A stretch of DNA of 64,000 nucleotides from an uncultured virus (IMG/VR IMGVR_UViG_3300021185_004515) (Duplodnaviria > Heunggongvirae > Uroviricota > Caudoviricetes). Under the pieces are notes generated by a model. It saw only the letters and a program-made list of their open reading frames with translations. It searched no databases and was not told where the DNA came from. Location: the IMG/VR virus record IMGVR_UViG_3300021185_004515; one strand, written 5' to 3'. Made by a program: the position numbers and the translations under genes. Of this stretch, positions 29,645 through 38,880 are shown in pieces (position 1 is the stretch's first letter; every line of letters begins with the position of its first letter).

Positions 29645-30459
29645 CTATGATGCCTGAGATTGGAACGCTGATAGGAAAAGGCGAATCAGGTTATGTGTTT
29701 GATGTGGAGGGCCGTCCTGACCAAGTTATCAAAATCGTTGAAATCAGACCTGGAGATGAATTGGGTAATCCTCTTCCGTTTCGTAAAGTGTTTCCCAGAA
29801 GTAGTCTCCGCAGTAAAAAAATCGCCCGAAATGAATTACAAGCAAACTTGTTTGCTCGTTTGGTTAATGTAGACTTCAACTCTTATCTCCCAAAAATATA
29901 TGATTTCGGGATTCAGCAAGGTGGTCAAGATTTACACTCTAAGATTTATGAATCTTATCAAAACTACGACTGGGATGCTTCCGACTGGAATTCTATGGTG
30001 ACTGAATTCGGAGGTAGCAATCGTGTGGCTTGGTGGGTTATGGAAAAAATACCTTACATGGTGTATAATAATTGGGGCGGTAATTTACCCGAAAAGCCAA
30101 TTCCAGGTTGGAGTTCTCGTGAATACTCTCACTACTATCCCAAAGAACAGGCCGCTTACGAAGATTTGACGCACGAATTACTATCTGAGGCCAGCATCAT
30201 AATGAGAGATACTAAAAATCCTGCTAATATGGGCTATCGTGAAGACGGAACTCCTGTGTGGTTTGACCCAACAGTGAGCACTTGGCCTATCTCAAGAAAC
30301 ATGAGAGATAGTAATCGTTTGTTGGACCGAGAAAAATACGACTTGTTTGCAGATGCTTTCGGAGTAGACCAAATTAGCCGCTACCAAAAATCTATTCAGG
30401 ATGGGAGTTATTTTACCGAACGGCATGGAATCGGCGCATTATTAGCAGAAGGAGTGTAA
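29641..30459 (+). CDS. Protein kinase-like (Ser/Thr) enzyme
   Basis: IGKGESGYVF, VIKI, PKIYD, VMEKI, RDTKNPAN, VWFDP; ends LLAEGV. Confidence 0.75.
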   Translation: MTMMPEIGTLIGKGESGYVFDVEGRPDQVIKIVEIRPGDELGNPLPFRKVFPRSSLRSKKIARNELQANLFARLVNVDFNSYLPKIYDFGIQQGGQDLHSKIYESYQNYDWDASDWNSMVTEFGGSNRVAWWVMEKIPYMVYNNWGGNLPEKPIPGWSSREYSHYYPKEQAAYEDLTHELLSEASIIMRDTKNPANMGYREDGTPVWFDPTVSTWPISRNMRDSNRLLDREKYDLFADAFGVDQISRYQKSIQDGSYFTERHGIGALLAEGV

Positions 30460-30463
30460 TACT

Positions 30464-33400
30464 ATGGCAAAAATAAATCAAAAATGGTATGAAGGGACTT
30501 TAAAATCTATCGGTATGTATCAGGGTATGAATGGATGGTTGGAAACCGTCATCCCTTATGAGGCAATAGATAAGCCATCGTCCGAAGAGAAGGAAGTAAT
30601 TTCTCCCGCAGCATTTATTAGAAATCCTGCTTATCAAAGTAATTTTACTCCTGAGACGGCTGAAGCCGTAAATATGTCTGAGCGGGTTCACGAGAAATCC
30701 ACCATGAGGAACCTAACCGAGTATCCCAGTTTATATTGGTCTAAACAAATCAGTTTCTATACCACAGACCAACCCGCAGGAAAGGGTGTAACACAACAAG
30801 GTAGCAACTTCTGGCCCACCATACAAAACAGTTACTTCGTCAATGAAAGCCGAATGTATTACAAAGGATATTTAGCAAATGTTCTGGGATTTTATACTGC
30901 TTATTACCAACACTGGCAAGGCGGAATGACTCGTTCAGCCACCAGTTCACCCACCAATTATGTATTTCCTCTGAGTCTCAGTCAAAACGAAACTAACTAT
31001 CGCTACCTGACAAGTTATTTTAACAGCAACACGGGTGGAAGATTTGCAGGATGGGGCAATAATAAAAAACTGGTTAAAACATTGAATTGGAAAATGAGTA
31101 AAAAGGGTGCCATCTATCCTGCTCGTTCAACGGGTGTCAATATTGTCGGCATAGATTTGCCAGGTTATGAAAAATACGGTGATTTTACCGCATGGCCTCA
31201 AATGATGTGGGGTAGATTGCCTTCGGAGTCACCTCTGGTGTATGTTTCAAAGGCTGCTGGTGACAACGGCTCGTTACCAATCATCACTCCAATTGATGTG
31301 GAACCTGATTCAGAAGCCGCTAAAAATGTCGCAGTAGATTTATCCTCATTTGATAATAAATATGTGATTCGGGCAAATATAATGTCGGGATTAGACCCGT
31401 TGGATTTTCATCTGGATGAACTAATCAAATTATTGGGGCGAGATTACTCCATAAAGATGTATGTCAATGCGGCAAAAATGATTTCTCACAGTGGTCATAT
31501 GTATCCGTTCCTCAAGGACACGGTTAAACCACAATTTGAAGCGGCTGTTTTGCAATGGCTTAATACCTATTGCCCTCTGGAAACCAGAGATGCAGCGTGG
31601 GACTCAGAAAAAATACAATTATTTGATAACCTTGCAGTATGTATCCAAAAACTAATACCTGGATATGACGATATATTGAAACAAGGGTGGGACAACAAAT
31701 TAAACAACATCTTGTCCTTGGGAGATATAGCGCACAAATCAGGATTTTATGAAACCTCTTTAGATGAAACCATCAATAGGCCCGCAGTTTTAGATGTGAT
31801 AGACTATTCAGAAACATTTCCAAATGGAATGGCTGTTGCCGTGATAAATGCTGTGACAGACAATGGTTGGATTACACCCGTCGGAGAAACCAGAAATGAT
31901 GGCGAAGTCATGTTTGAGTTGTTAAATGTGGTTCTATGCAGCGAACCAGGGGCTTTGTTTAATGATTATTTGCCGTCAGGGATGCCTCCAGAGGCACAGG
32001 CAGAAATCGGGGCTATGGTGTATGAATTCTTACAGAATGAACTAAATTTCAGATTAGATGGGAATCTGCCGAGAACCTATGGGAAGTGCATGATTGGCGA
32101 CTCTATCGTAATGAATACTCCTGCTGGAAACCTAATGGAAGGGAGTTTAAACACCCTAAAGCAAATTCGTGAGGAATGTTCACTTCAAAATTACCCTTTG
32201 TCTACGAAAGTAGAAATTAGGGATGGCGATAATATAATGGCACTATCCAGTAAAAATAAATTTATCAAAAGTTACTGGGATGTTGAGTTGAACCCATTGA
32301 TGACAAACATCTATGATGAAGATAATATACCTAATCCAGTTATTTGTAACTTAATTATATTGGATACTCCTCTGCCTGTGGTAGACGCAAGACCGCAACG
32401 AACGCGACCAGAATATTATGCAAATTACGGTTTTAATGAAAGCAATGCCTTGACAGTCACTGCCAAAAGTTTAATGACTCCATTTTCACAGTATGATGAC
32501 CAATGGTGGAATTCTTTCTTGAGCAAAGAAGATGGTTTCTTACGCTATTTTGAAACCTGTGATTGGGGAGAGCCAGTCTACCTAAAGAAATGTTGGGACA
32601 CTATGGAACTTTGGGAGTCGCTTTCCGAGCGTTATTCTGGAAGTGATACTATTGATGGCAATACTACGGGTCCATTCGTTAGACCATTTTGGGCCACAAT
32701 CAGTTATCACGAAGCATTCCTTAAAATATATCAAGGGCAACAAATACTAATGCAAGTCAATGACAATCCAGAGGGGGCCTATAATTGGGGCTTAACCGCT
32801 CCCGTGACGCAAATCCTCCCACAAATAGTTGTTGAAGAAAATAACCTGGAAAATTACCGTATTTTGCATAATGCTTCAGGGGTGACAGATGCTGAGACTC
32901 AGTTAAGGATTATGAACCAAATTGGAGAGGATAACACCACAGATAAGTTTATGCCAGGTTTCTGGCAAGAAAATGATTATGACCAAATTGTAAATGGAGA
33001 TGCTAACACTATGATGGTGGCAATAAATTCCTGGCTTAGTGGGAGGGATAGATACAATCAAGGGTTGAACATCAACACTGATGATGGAAGTATGAGGGCT
33101 TCCAACCGTTATGGAGTTAATGATGAGTGGGGCGGTTTGACTACGAACTTTGATAATATCTCAAATTATTCGCTTATCAATCCTCGGAGTGGTAATAGAT
33201 ATTTGCGACAAGCGTTGCCAAAATTGTGGCAATCAATTCTAACATATGGGTGGAGTGCGGGACGGGATATTCCTGTTGCAGTATATAATGTAAAAAGTGA
33301 ATGGTTCCAAAAATACACCGAGAATACCGATTCTCCAGTAGTATCTGCCGTGCCATTAACTCGGAGCAATGAAAAAATAAAGCCCTATGAAGTAGATGTG

Positions 33401-33526
33401 TTTGCTCTACAAGATTGGAATTTCTCTGTTAATCGTGTGTTTGCTGGTGCAAAATCTGGATACCGATTTATTATCAACTGGACAAGAATACTTAGTTATA
33501 GGATGACTAACCTACTTTCTAACTAA
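30464..33526 (+). CDS. Large hypothetical protein (1020 aa)
   Basis: Long ORF rich in Asn and Trp; IINW motif near the C-terminus. Confidence 0.85.
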   Translation: MAKINQKWYEGTLKSIGMYQGMNGWLETVIPYEAIDKPSSEEKEVISPAAFIRNPAYQSNFTPETAEAVNMSERVHEKSTMRNLTEYPSLYWSKQISFYTTDQPAGKGVTQQGSNFWPTIQNSYFVNESRMYYKGYLANVLGFYTAYYQHWQGGMTRSATSSPTNYVFPLSLSQNETNYRYLTSYFNSNTGGRFAGWGNNKKLVKTLNWKMSKKGAIYPARSTGVNIVGIDLPGYEKYGDFTAWPQMMWGRLPSESPLVYVSKAAGDNGSLPIITPIDVEPDSEAAKNVAVDLSSFDNKYVIRANIMSGLDPLDFHLDELIKLLGRDYSIKMYVNAAKMISHSGHMYPFLKDTVKPQFEAAVLQWLNTYCPLETRDAAWDSEKIQLFDNLAVCIQKLIPGYDDILKQGWDNKLNNILSLGDIAHKSGFYETSLDETINRPAVLDVIDYSETFPNGMAVAVINAVTDNGWITPVGETRNDGEVMFELLNVVLCSEPGALFNDYLPSGMPPEAQAEIGAMVYEFLQNELNFRLDGNLPRTYGKCMIGDSIVMNTPAGNLMEGSLNTLKQIREECSLQNYPLSTKVEIRDGDNIMALSSKNKFIKSYWDVELNPLMTNIYDEDNIPNPVICNLIILDTPLPVVDARPQRTRPEYYANYGFNESNALTVTAKSLMTPFSQYDDQWWNSFLSKEDGFLRYFETCDWGEPVYLKKCWDTMELWESLSERYSGSDTIDGNTTGPFVRPFWATISYHEAFLKIYQGQQILMQVNDNPEGAYNWGLTAPVTQILPQIVVEENNLENYRILHNASGVTDAETQLRIMNQIGEDNTTDKFMPGFWQENDYDQIVNGDANTMMVAINSWLSGRDRYNQGLNINTDDGSMRASNRYGVNDEWGGLTTNFDNISNYSLINPRSGNRYLRQALPKLWQSILTYGWSAGRDIPVAVYNVKSEWFQKYTENTDSPVVSAVPLTRSNEKIKPYEVDVFALQDWNFSVNRVFAGAKSGYRFIINWTRILSYRMTNLLSN

Positions 33527-34383
33527 TCTTTGCGCCAGAAATGAAATCCTTCGGGAGTTTCGGGATGACCATCAACCATCTCTACATTTTCAGAACTGAG
33601 CGCAGTTTTTATCTGAGAGTGGTAACGAACTACTCCTGCAATAACCGCTGCCACAGTAGCCAGACCCAATACGCTGACAACTCGCGGGGAAATGGAGCCT
33701 GAACTGTATTCTTCTGCACCCATAGCCGAACCTTCTAAATCTACGATTCCCATATATCCCATTTGACCCAATGCTTCTTGGAAAGCAAACCAATCTGCTC
33801 CTGCATCATTAGATAGAGTAGAACCTCCGTTACCATCTGAAACATTTTTATTCTGTCCTGTTTCTCGGTTAATTGAGTAGGGGTCACAACCTGGGCTGGA
33901 TTGTTGCATAGCCCTGACTACGGTATCAGCATCTGGGAACACCAGAATTCTAACACGGTTGTGAAGAACTCGCTTGCCAGTGTTGTCATCAATTTGTTGG
34001 TGAGGGAACACAATGTATTGCACAATATATTCATCGTTGTCACGACACTTGATAAATTCATCTACAACATCTGTGGAAGAAAAGTATTGACGGCCTGTGT
34101 AAATCTTTCCGTCTTTGAGCGGGTGTCCATGAATAGTCCACTTTCGGTTAGTAAGTCCATCTGTCAAAGCATCTTGGTGAGCCTTGGCTTGAGGATTAAC
34201 CTCAATTCGGGATTCATCTCCGTAAGTGACATTGCCCAAATAGTATTGTCCATTCTTTTCGTAGACATAACACATCCATTCACGCTCTTCGTGCGTTCGG
34301 TCAGAGTATTTTTTCATATCTTTGATAGCATCTTCAGAAAATCTTTCCCATTCAGTCATCCATTTACTCATAATATCAACCAT
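33523..34383 (-). CDS. JAB/MPN-like metallo-domain protein with C-terminal TM
   Basis: EREW...IHGHP...FSSTD (E...HxH...SxxD); TM VVSVLGLATVAAVIAGVV. Confidence 0.65.
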   Translation of the reverse strand: MVDIMSKWMTEWERFSEDAIKDMKKYSDRTHEEREWMCYVYEKNGQYYLGNVTYGDESRIEVNPQAKAHQDALTDGLTNRKWTIHGHPLKDGKIYTGRQYFSSTDVVDEFIKCRDNDEYIVQYIVFPHQQIDDNTGKRVLHNRVRILVFPDADTVVRAMQQSSPGCDPYSINRETGQNKNVSDGNGGSTLSNDAGADWFAFQEALGQMGYMGIVDLEGSAMGAEEYSSGSISPRVVSVLGLATVAAVIAGVVRYHSQIKTALSSENVEMVDGHPETPEGFHFWRKD

Positions 34384-35671
34384 ACCTAATTATTGTGCCG
34401 TCTAAAACCACTGGAGCCACTGTGGACAACAATTCGTTACGAACTGCGTCATCAGCAATTTCCAGACCGATTACTCTTCCTGCGGAAGTGGTGTCACGGG
34501 TCACAGTTACACCTTGAGATTCTAAAATATCTGCTATCTCTGCTAACAGAGATATTGTTCGGCTACCCATAATGGTAATTTCTGCGGCTTCAGCCCAGAT
34601 ACTTCCTGGAGCATCATTCTGTGTCTTGCTTTTTCCTGACTTGACATTGACCCAAACTCTTTCAGAGATTGTGGAATCTACACGAATTGGACGCTTAGAC
34701 AAAACCACTGTGTCCACACGAATTTCGGGAACTACAATAAATTGTTCAGGTGTCAGAGGGGCTCCTGCTAATGTTTTCAAATTTTCTGGGAGTAGAGTAA
34801 TATACCAATCACGGTTTCCAACTCCTGATGGGCGGTCGTTAGTAAATTGAACGGCTCCCGAAACAAATGGGTCACCTCGGATGGTTCCACGAGAACCTAT
34901 TCCAAATCCTGGGGAAACGAAACGATTGTTGATGTGGTCTTCTACATATTCTGAAACCACACGAGTTCGCTCGCCATTTTCCATCAAGAGCCACTGAGAA
35001 TATTCGCCATCAAAATTATCTACCATATAAGTTTGGTCAGTAATAGCAACATCATTAAAAATACTGAGATTAGACTCTAATAAGAAACAATACCATTCTG
35101 ATTTTCGGTCACTGGCATAATTACGAACGGCTTCATTATCATTATCGTCAAAAGTGGTGAGACGAGCAGGTGGGGCGTTGGCTACCACCACAATTCCTGG
35201 AGGCAAATCTACTGAATTACCCTCAGCATCTAAATAATCTGCTAACATAACTTTGGCTCCCACATGAACGGGTGCCATTAACTCGGCCTCAGCACCAAGT
35301 CCTTCATTTTTGACAATAGTAAGATGTTGAGCCCCTGTAAATTCAAAGAAATACCATTGGATATAATCTTGGATAGACATGGTAGGAGTCACACGGATTC
35401 CTTGATAATTGGCTGGGTAACGAAGATTGGCAGGAATATCAAAACCCAATTCAGAGAGATTAACACTTCCACTCAGATTTTCTACGGTAGCCACATCTCC
35501 AGGCTGGGGAGCCATATTTTCCAAAGGGTCTACTCCATTCATAGCATCTTCATAGTTGTCATAGGATTCTTGATAACCTTCGTTGAAAGCAGGTTCCATG
35601 TCAGAGTCTAAGCCTGTGTCTGAAAATGCTGATTCTCGGGCAGGTTGATATTGTCGGACTTCGTAATTCAT
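34376..35671 (-). CDS. Hypothetical protein
   Basis: 431 aa, coupled to its neighbours. Confidence 0.8.
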   Translation of the reverse strand: MNYEVRQYQPARESAFSDTGLDSDMEPAFNEGYQESYDNYEDAMNGVDPLENMAPQPGDVATVENLSGSVNLSELGFDIPANLRYPANYQGIRVTPTMSIQDYIQWYFFEFTGAQHLTIVKNEGLGAEAELMAPVHVGAKVMLADYLDAEGNSVDLPPGIVVVANAPPARLTTFDDNDNEAVRNYASDRKSEWYCFLLESNLSIFNDVAITDQTYMVDNFDGEYSQWLLMENGERTRVVSEYVEDHINNRFVSPGFGIGSRGTIRGDPFVSGAVQFTNDRPSGVGNRDWYITLLPENLKTLAGAPLTPEQFIVVPEIRVDTVVLSKRPIRVDSTISERVWVNVKSGKSKTQNDAPGSIWAEAAEITIMGSRTISLLAEIADILESQGVTVTRDTTSAGRVIGLEIADDAVRNELLSTVAPVVLDGTIIRYG

Positions 35672-38600
35672 CAGTTTTCCCTCCTGGCAGTTGGTGAAGC
35701 GTCAATTGTTTCCCAATCTTCTGGCAAACGACCCAAAACACGAGGGTCAGTAATCAATCCATTTTGTGCAGCCCAAATTTGAGCCAGGTTAGAATTAGTG
35801 AATACCAGAATTTTTCCTGTGGTGTCACGATACCAGCAATCTGATTCGCCTTGCCAGACTGCGGCTAACGAATATTCACGGTTTTTGTATTCTTGGATAG
35901 CACCATTGAGGTCGGATTGAAGTGTTGCTAAATCTTCATTAGAAACACCCCAGTTTCCAGCATTGGACAAAGTTTGTTCAGTTTGCTCCAAAATATATTG
36001 AATTCCTCGGGCATCAGGTTCAAAAGCAGGATTAGCCGATTCCATAGCCCTGATAGCATTACGAACGGCTTCTTCAGCCACGGCCAACATATCTTCGGCT
36101 ACATTCGGATTGTTGGAATCAGCGAATTCACCTGGCATGGTATCACGCTTACGGGCTTCTGCTTCACGAGCAGCCTCACCCATATCACTAAATGGTTCAA
36201 TATTGTCTAATGATTGTTCCCAAGCACCTGCGTCTTCCCATCCTGCCTCAGCAGCCGCATTAACGGCATCTTGAGCCGCAGTAATGGCTAAATCTACGGC
36301 TTGACGGTCAGTAATATCGCCTTCTACGGCCACTTCACGAGCGGATTGTGCGGAAGCAATGGCTTCTACCGCCGACATAGCAGCATCTTGAACATTTTCC
36401 TCTTGAGCAGCCTGTTGTGCATTTTGTGAGGCTTCTACGGCATCATCAGCGAAAATTTCAGACTCGGATTTTCCTTGACCCAATGGCATATCAGCGATTT
36501 CATCACTAACTTCATCCATAATTTCTTGTAGGTCAGGATTTAGTGAAGCCGCAGTTTGCAGAGCCTCTTGAGCCGCAGTTACCGCTCGGTCTACTTCCCG
36601 TTGGTCGGTTTCAGAGGAAGGGTCAGCATTTGCCGCAGCCCTTTTTGCTTCATCAACTGCCTGAACAGCCGATTCCGCCGCAGCGGTTTCATCACCTGCG
36701 TTGCTGGCTCTTTCCGTAGCGTTGGCAGCGGATTGTGCGCCTTGACGAGCCGATTGAGTGTTCTTAGCCTTATCTTCTGTATCTTCATTAGCCTGTTGAA
36801 TTCCTGCATCTGCACCTGCATTACGAGCATTTTCTTGACGAGCCGCATTTGATTCAACACCTTGCTCTTCCAAAAATTGGTTATCTCCGCCTTCGCCATA
36901 ACCCGTAGGAATATCTCTGTCACGAGCCAATTCAGTGTCTTGCCTCATTTGTTCAATAATGTCGTCAATTTGTTGGCGAGCATCATCTCCCGTAGTATCT
37001 TGTAAGTCTTCGGTCTGAGTGTTTTCAGGAACCCAACGATTTTCAGGACCATCGCCTGAATAGGAAATATCGTAAGTGTAAATAATAGTATTGGTTGCAT
37101 TGTCCAACTCATATAGAACATATTCATCACAAATCTGTGTAGTTAATGCTTGAGCAGCAGAGTAGGTTTGAAAATCTGGGAATTCTAAGTAGGCTTCGGC
37201 AGGTGTGGGGCGGAAACTATCAAAGTTAATACCATTAGCCCGCATAACATCCATAATACCTCCAAAAGTGAGGATTTCTTGATTAACCATACCCTCAATC
37301 CACAACATATGTGTCCAGTCAGAACCTATGCGTGTTGGAGAAACTCCGTAAGAGCCACTACCCAGATTTAACCACTGCCACGATTGCTGGCGGTCAAGTT
37401 CAGGATTGTTAGTTGGATTCATAGATGGTTGAGGCCCCACAGGATTATTTCCTGTTTGTGGGACTCCTGTTCCCTCTTCTCCTGATTCTCCTCTTTCTCT
37501 TGCTTCTTCTTCCTCTTTCGCTTTTTTGAGGGCTTCTTTGATTTCTTCAATCAGCCTCTCAATTTCTTCATCGCTCAAATCATCAAATGGTCCAGGTGTG
37601 TCAGAGGGTGTGTCTGAAGGTTCTGGAGGAGTGGAATCATCATCAATAGGCATCGGAGGTTCCATGTTGTCATTAGAAACTTCTTGTTCCCGCTTGTCTT
37701 GCTCCTTTTGCAATTCTTCTAAAATTTCTTCTAAATTACTGGGGCCGTCGGAATCACTCTGCGGACCTCCTGTGGCTTCTCCAGGCAAATCAGGGCCTGG
37801 TTGTGAACCTGGTTCCCCAGAATCTGAGTCACCTTCGCCCTCTCCTTCGCCTTCACCTTGGCCTTCGCCTGAACCTTCACCGCTTCCAGAGCCTTCGCCC
37901 TGTCCGCCAGATTCGCCTTGACCCTCACCAGAACCAGAACCTGAACCACTGCCAGAGCCTTCACCCTGACCAGAACCTGAACCGCTTCCTTGTGATGAGG
38001 TATTACCTCCTGCGCCAGAAGGTCTACCTTGGGGTTTTCCATCTCCATCTCCTTCTCCCTCTCCTTGACCTTGACCTTCGCCTTCACCTTGACCCTGACC
38101 TTGTCCTTGACCCTGACCTTGACCGCTTCCAGAACCTTGACCTTCGCCTTGGCCTTCGCCTTGATTTTCGCCTTCCATTCCTGGTGGGCCTTTGATTTGG
38201 TCGTTAGGGTCGCCTTCTCCTTCGCCTTCACCGCCTTCTCCGTCACCGTCTTCTCCGTCTTCTCCGTCAGTTCCTGTTTGACCTTGACCGCCTCCACCGC
38301 CACGGCCTCCAGAACCACCTTGGGCTCTATTGCCAGCACCAGCACTTCCTGTTCGCACACCGTCTTGGTCGGAACTCGCAGTAAGCACGATGTATTCACC
38401 ATTTTCATCCCAATCCATAGTTTCGGTGTAAATAACTGAGTCATCTGTGAGTGAAAAATAAGGGATATTACTGAGTAATTCTATTAACTGGGCGGGAAGG
38501 TCTTCAAAATATATTCCATCATCAACTTCCATTCCACCGTAGCGCAACAGGGTTAGCAGAGTCATTGGCCCATAATCAGGGTCAGCGACAATAGGGCGGA

Positions 38601-38691
38601 TAGATGGTGATGTAGGAGGAATAGTTACAACTACTTCACCTCCCGTAGAGGTGTTGATACCCAAAACTTGGTCTCCGTCTTGAACAGGCAT
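35671..38691 (-). CDS. Large acidic low-complexity protein (G/E/Q/S tract plus Ala-rich repeats)
   Basis: (GE/GQ/GS)n tract; duplicated AA.SAV.A......AVD.A.TAAQ helical units. Confidence 0.85.
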   Translation of the reverse strand: MPVQDGDQVLGINTSTGGEVVVTIPPTSPSIRPIVADPDYGPMTLLTLLRYGGMEVDDGIYFEDLPAQLIELLSNIPYFSLTDDSVIYTETMDWDENGEYIVLTASSDQDGVRTGSAGAGNRAQGGSGGRGGGGGQGQTGTDGEDGEDGDGEGGEGEGEGDPNDQIKGPPGMEGENQGEGQGEGQGSGSGQGQGQGQGQGQGEGEGQGQGEGEGDGDGKPQGRPSGAGGNTSSQGSGSGSGQGEGSGSGSGSGSGEGQGESGGQGEGSGSGEGSGEGQGEGEGEGEGDSDSGEPGSQPGPDLPGEATGGPQSDSDGPSNLEEILEELQKEQDKREQEVSNDNMEPPMPIDDDSTPPEPSDTPSDTPGPFDDLSDEEIERLIEEIKEALKKAKEEEEARERGESGEEGTGVPQTGNNPVGPQPSMNPTNNPELDRQQSWQWLNLGSGSYGVSPTRIGSDWTHMLWIEGMVNQEILTFGGIMDVMRANGINFDSFRPTPAEAYLEFPDFQTYSAAQALTTQICDEYVLYELDNATNTIIYTYDISYSGDGPENRWVPENTQTEDLQDTTGDDARQQIDDIIEQMRQDTELARDRDIPTGYGEGGDNQFLEEQGVESNAARQENARNAGADAGIQQANEDTEDKAKNTQSARQGAQSAANATERASNAGDETAAAESAVQAVDEAKRAAANADPSSETDQREVDRAVTAAQEALQTAASLNPDLQEIMDEVSDEIADMPLGQGKSESEIFADDAVEASQNAQQAAQEENVQDAAMSAVEAIASAQSAREVAVEGDITDRQAVDLAITAAQDAVNAAAEAGWEDAGAWEQSLDNIEPFSDMGEAAREAEARKRDTMPGEFADSNNPNVAEDMLAVAEEAVRNAIRAMESANPAFEPDARGIQYILEQTEQTLSNAGNWGVSNEDLATLQSDLNGAIQEYKNREYSLAAVWQGESDCWYRDTTGKILVFTNSNLAQIWAAQNGLITDPRVLGRLPEDWETIDASPTARREN
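37830..38330. repeat. Imperfect 6-bp tandem repeats encoding Gly-X
   Basis: CCTTCG/CCTTGA/CCCTGA/CCAGAA runs. Confidence 0.85.
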
Positions 38692-38716
38692 ACTAATTAT
38701 AACCCCTACTTGCTAT

Positions 38717-38872
38717 TTAAGATTGTTGGTGGTAAAATTCCCAATCAGGGGCGGGAGATGGGCAAGCACATAAAAACCTGACTCGTTGCAAGCCTTCTGA
38801 ATTTAATTCTGGAGTCCCAACTAAACGACCCAGTAAGCCACAAACACAAGTCCATTCCAACCTTTTAATCAT
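38717..38872 (-). CDS. Small Cys protein (51 aa)
   Basis: Hand-translated MIKRLEWTCVCG...LCACP; GGTGA SD. Confidence 0.6.
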   Translation of the reverse strand: MIKRLEWTCVCGLLGRLVGTPELNSEGLQRVRFLCACPSPAPDWEFYHQQS

Positions 38873-38880
38873 GGTATCAC

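Noticed and set aside
37526..38444. Several long overlapping ORFs in other frames (37526, 37731, 37803, 38029)
   Set aside because: They are by-products of the stop-free 6-bp Gly-X repeat within 35671-38691.
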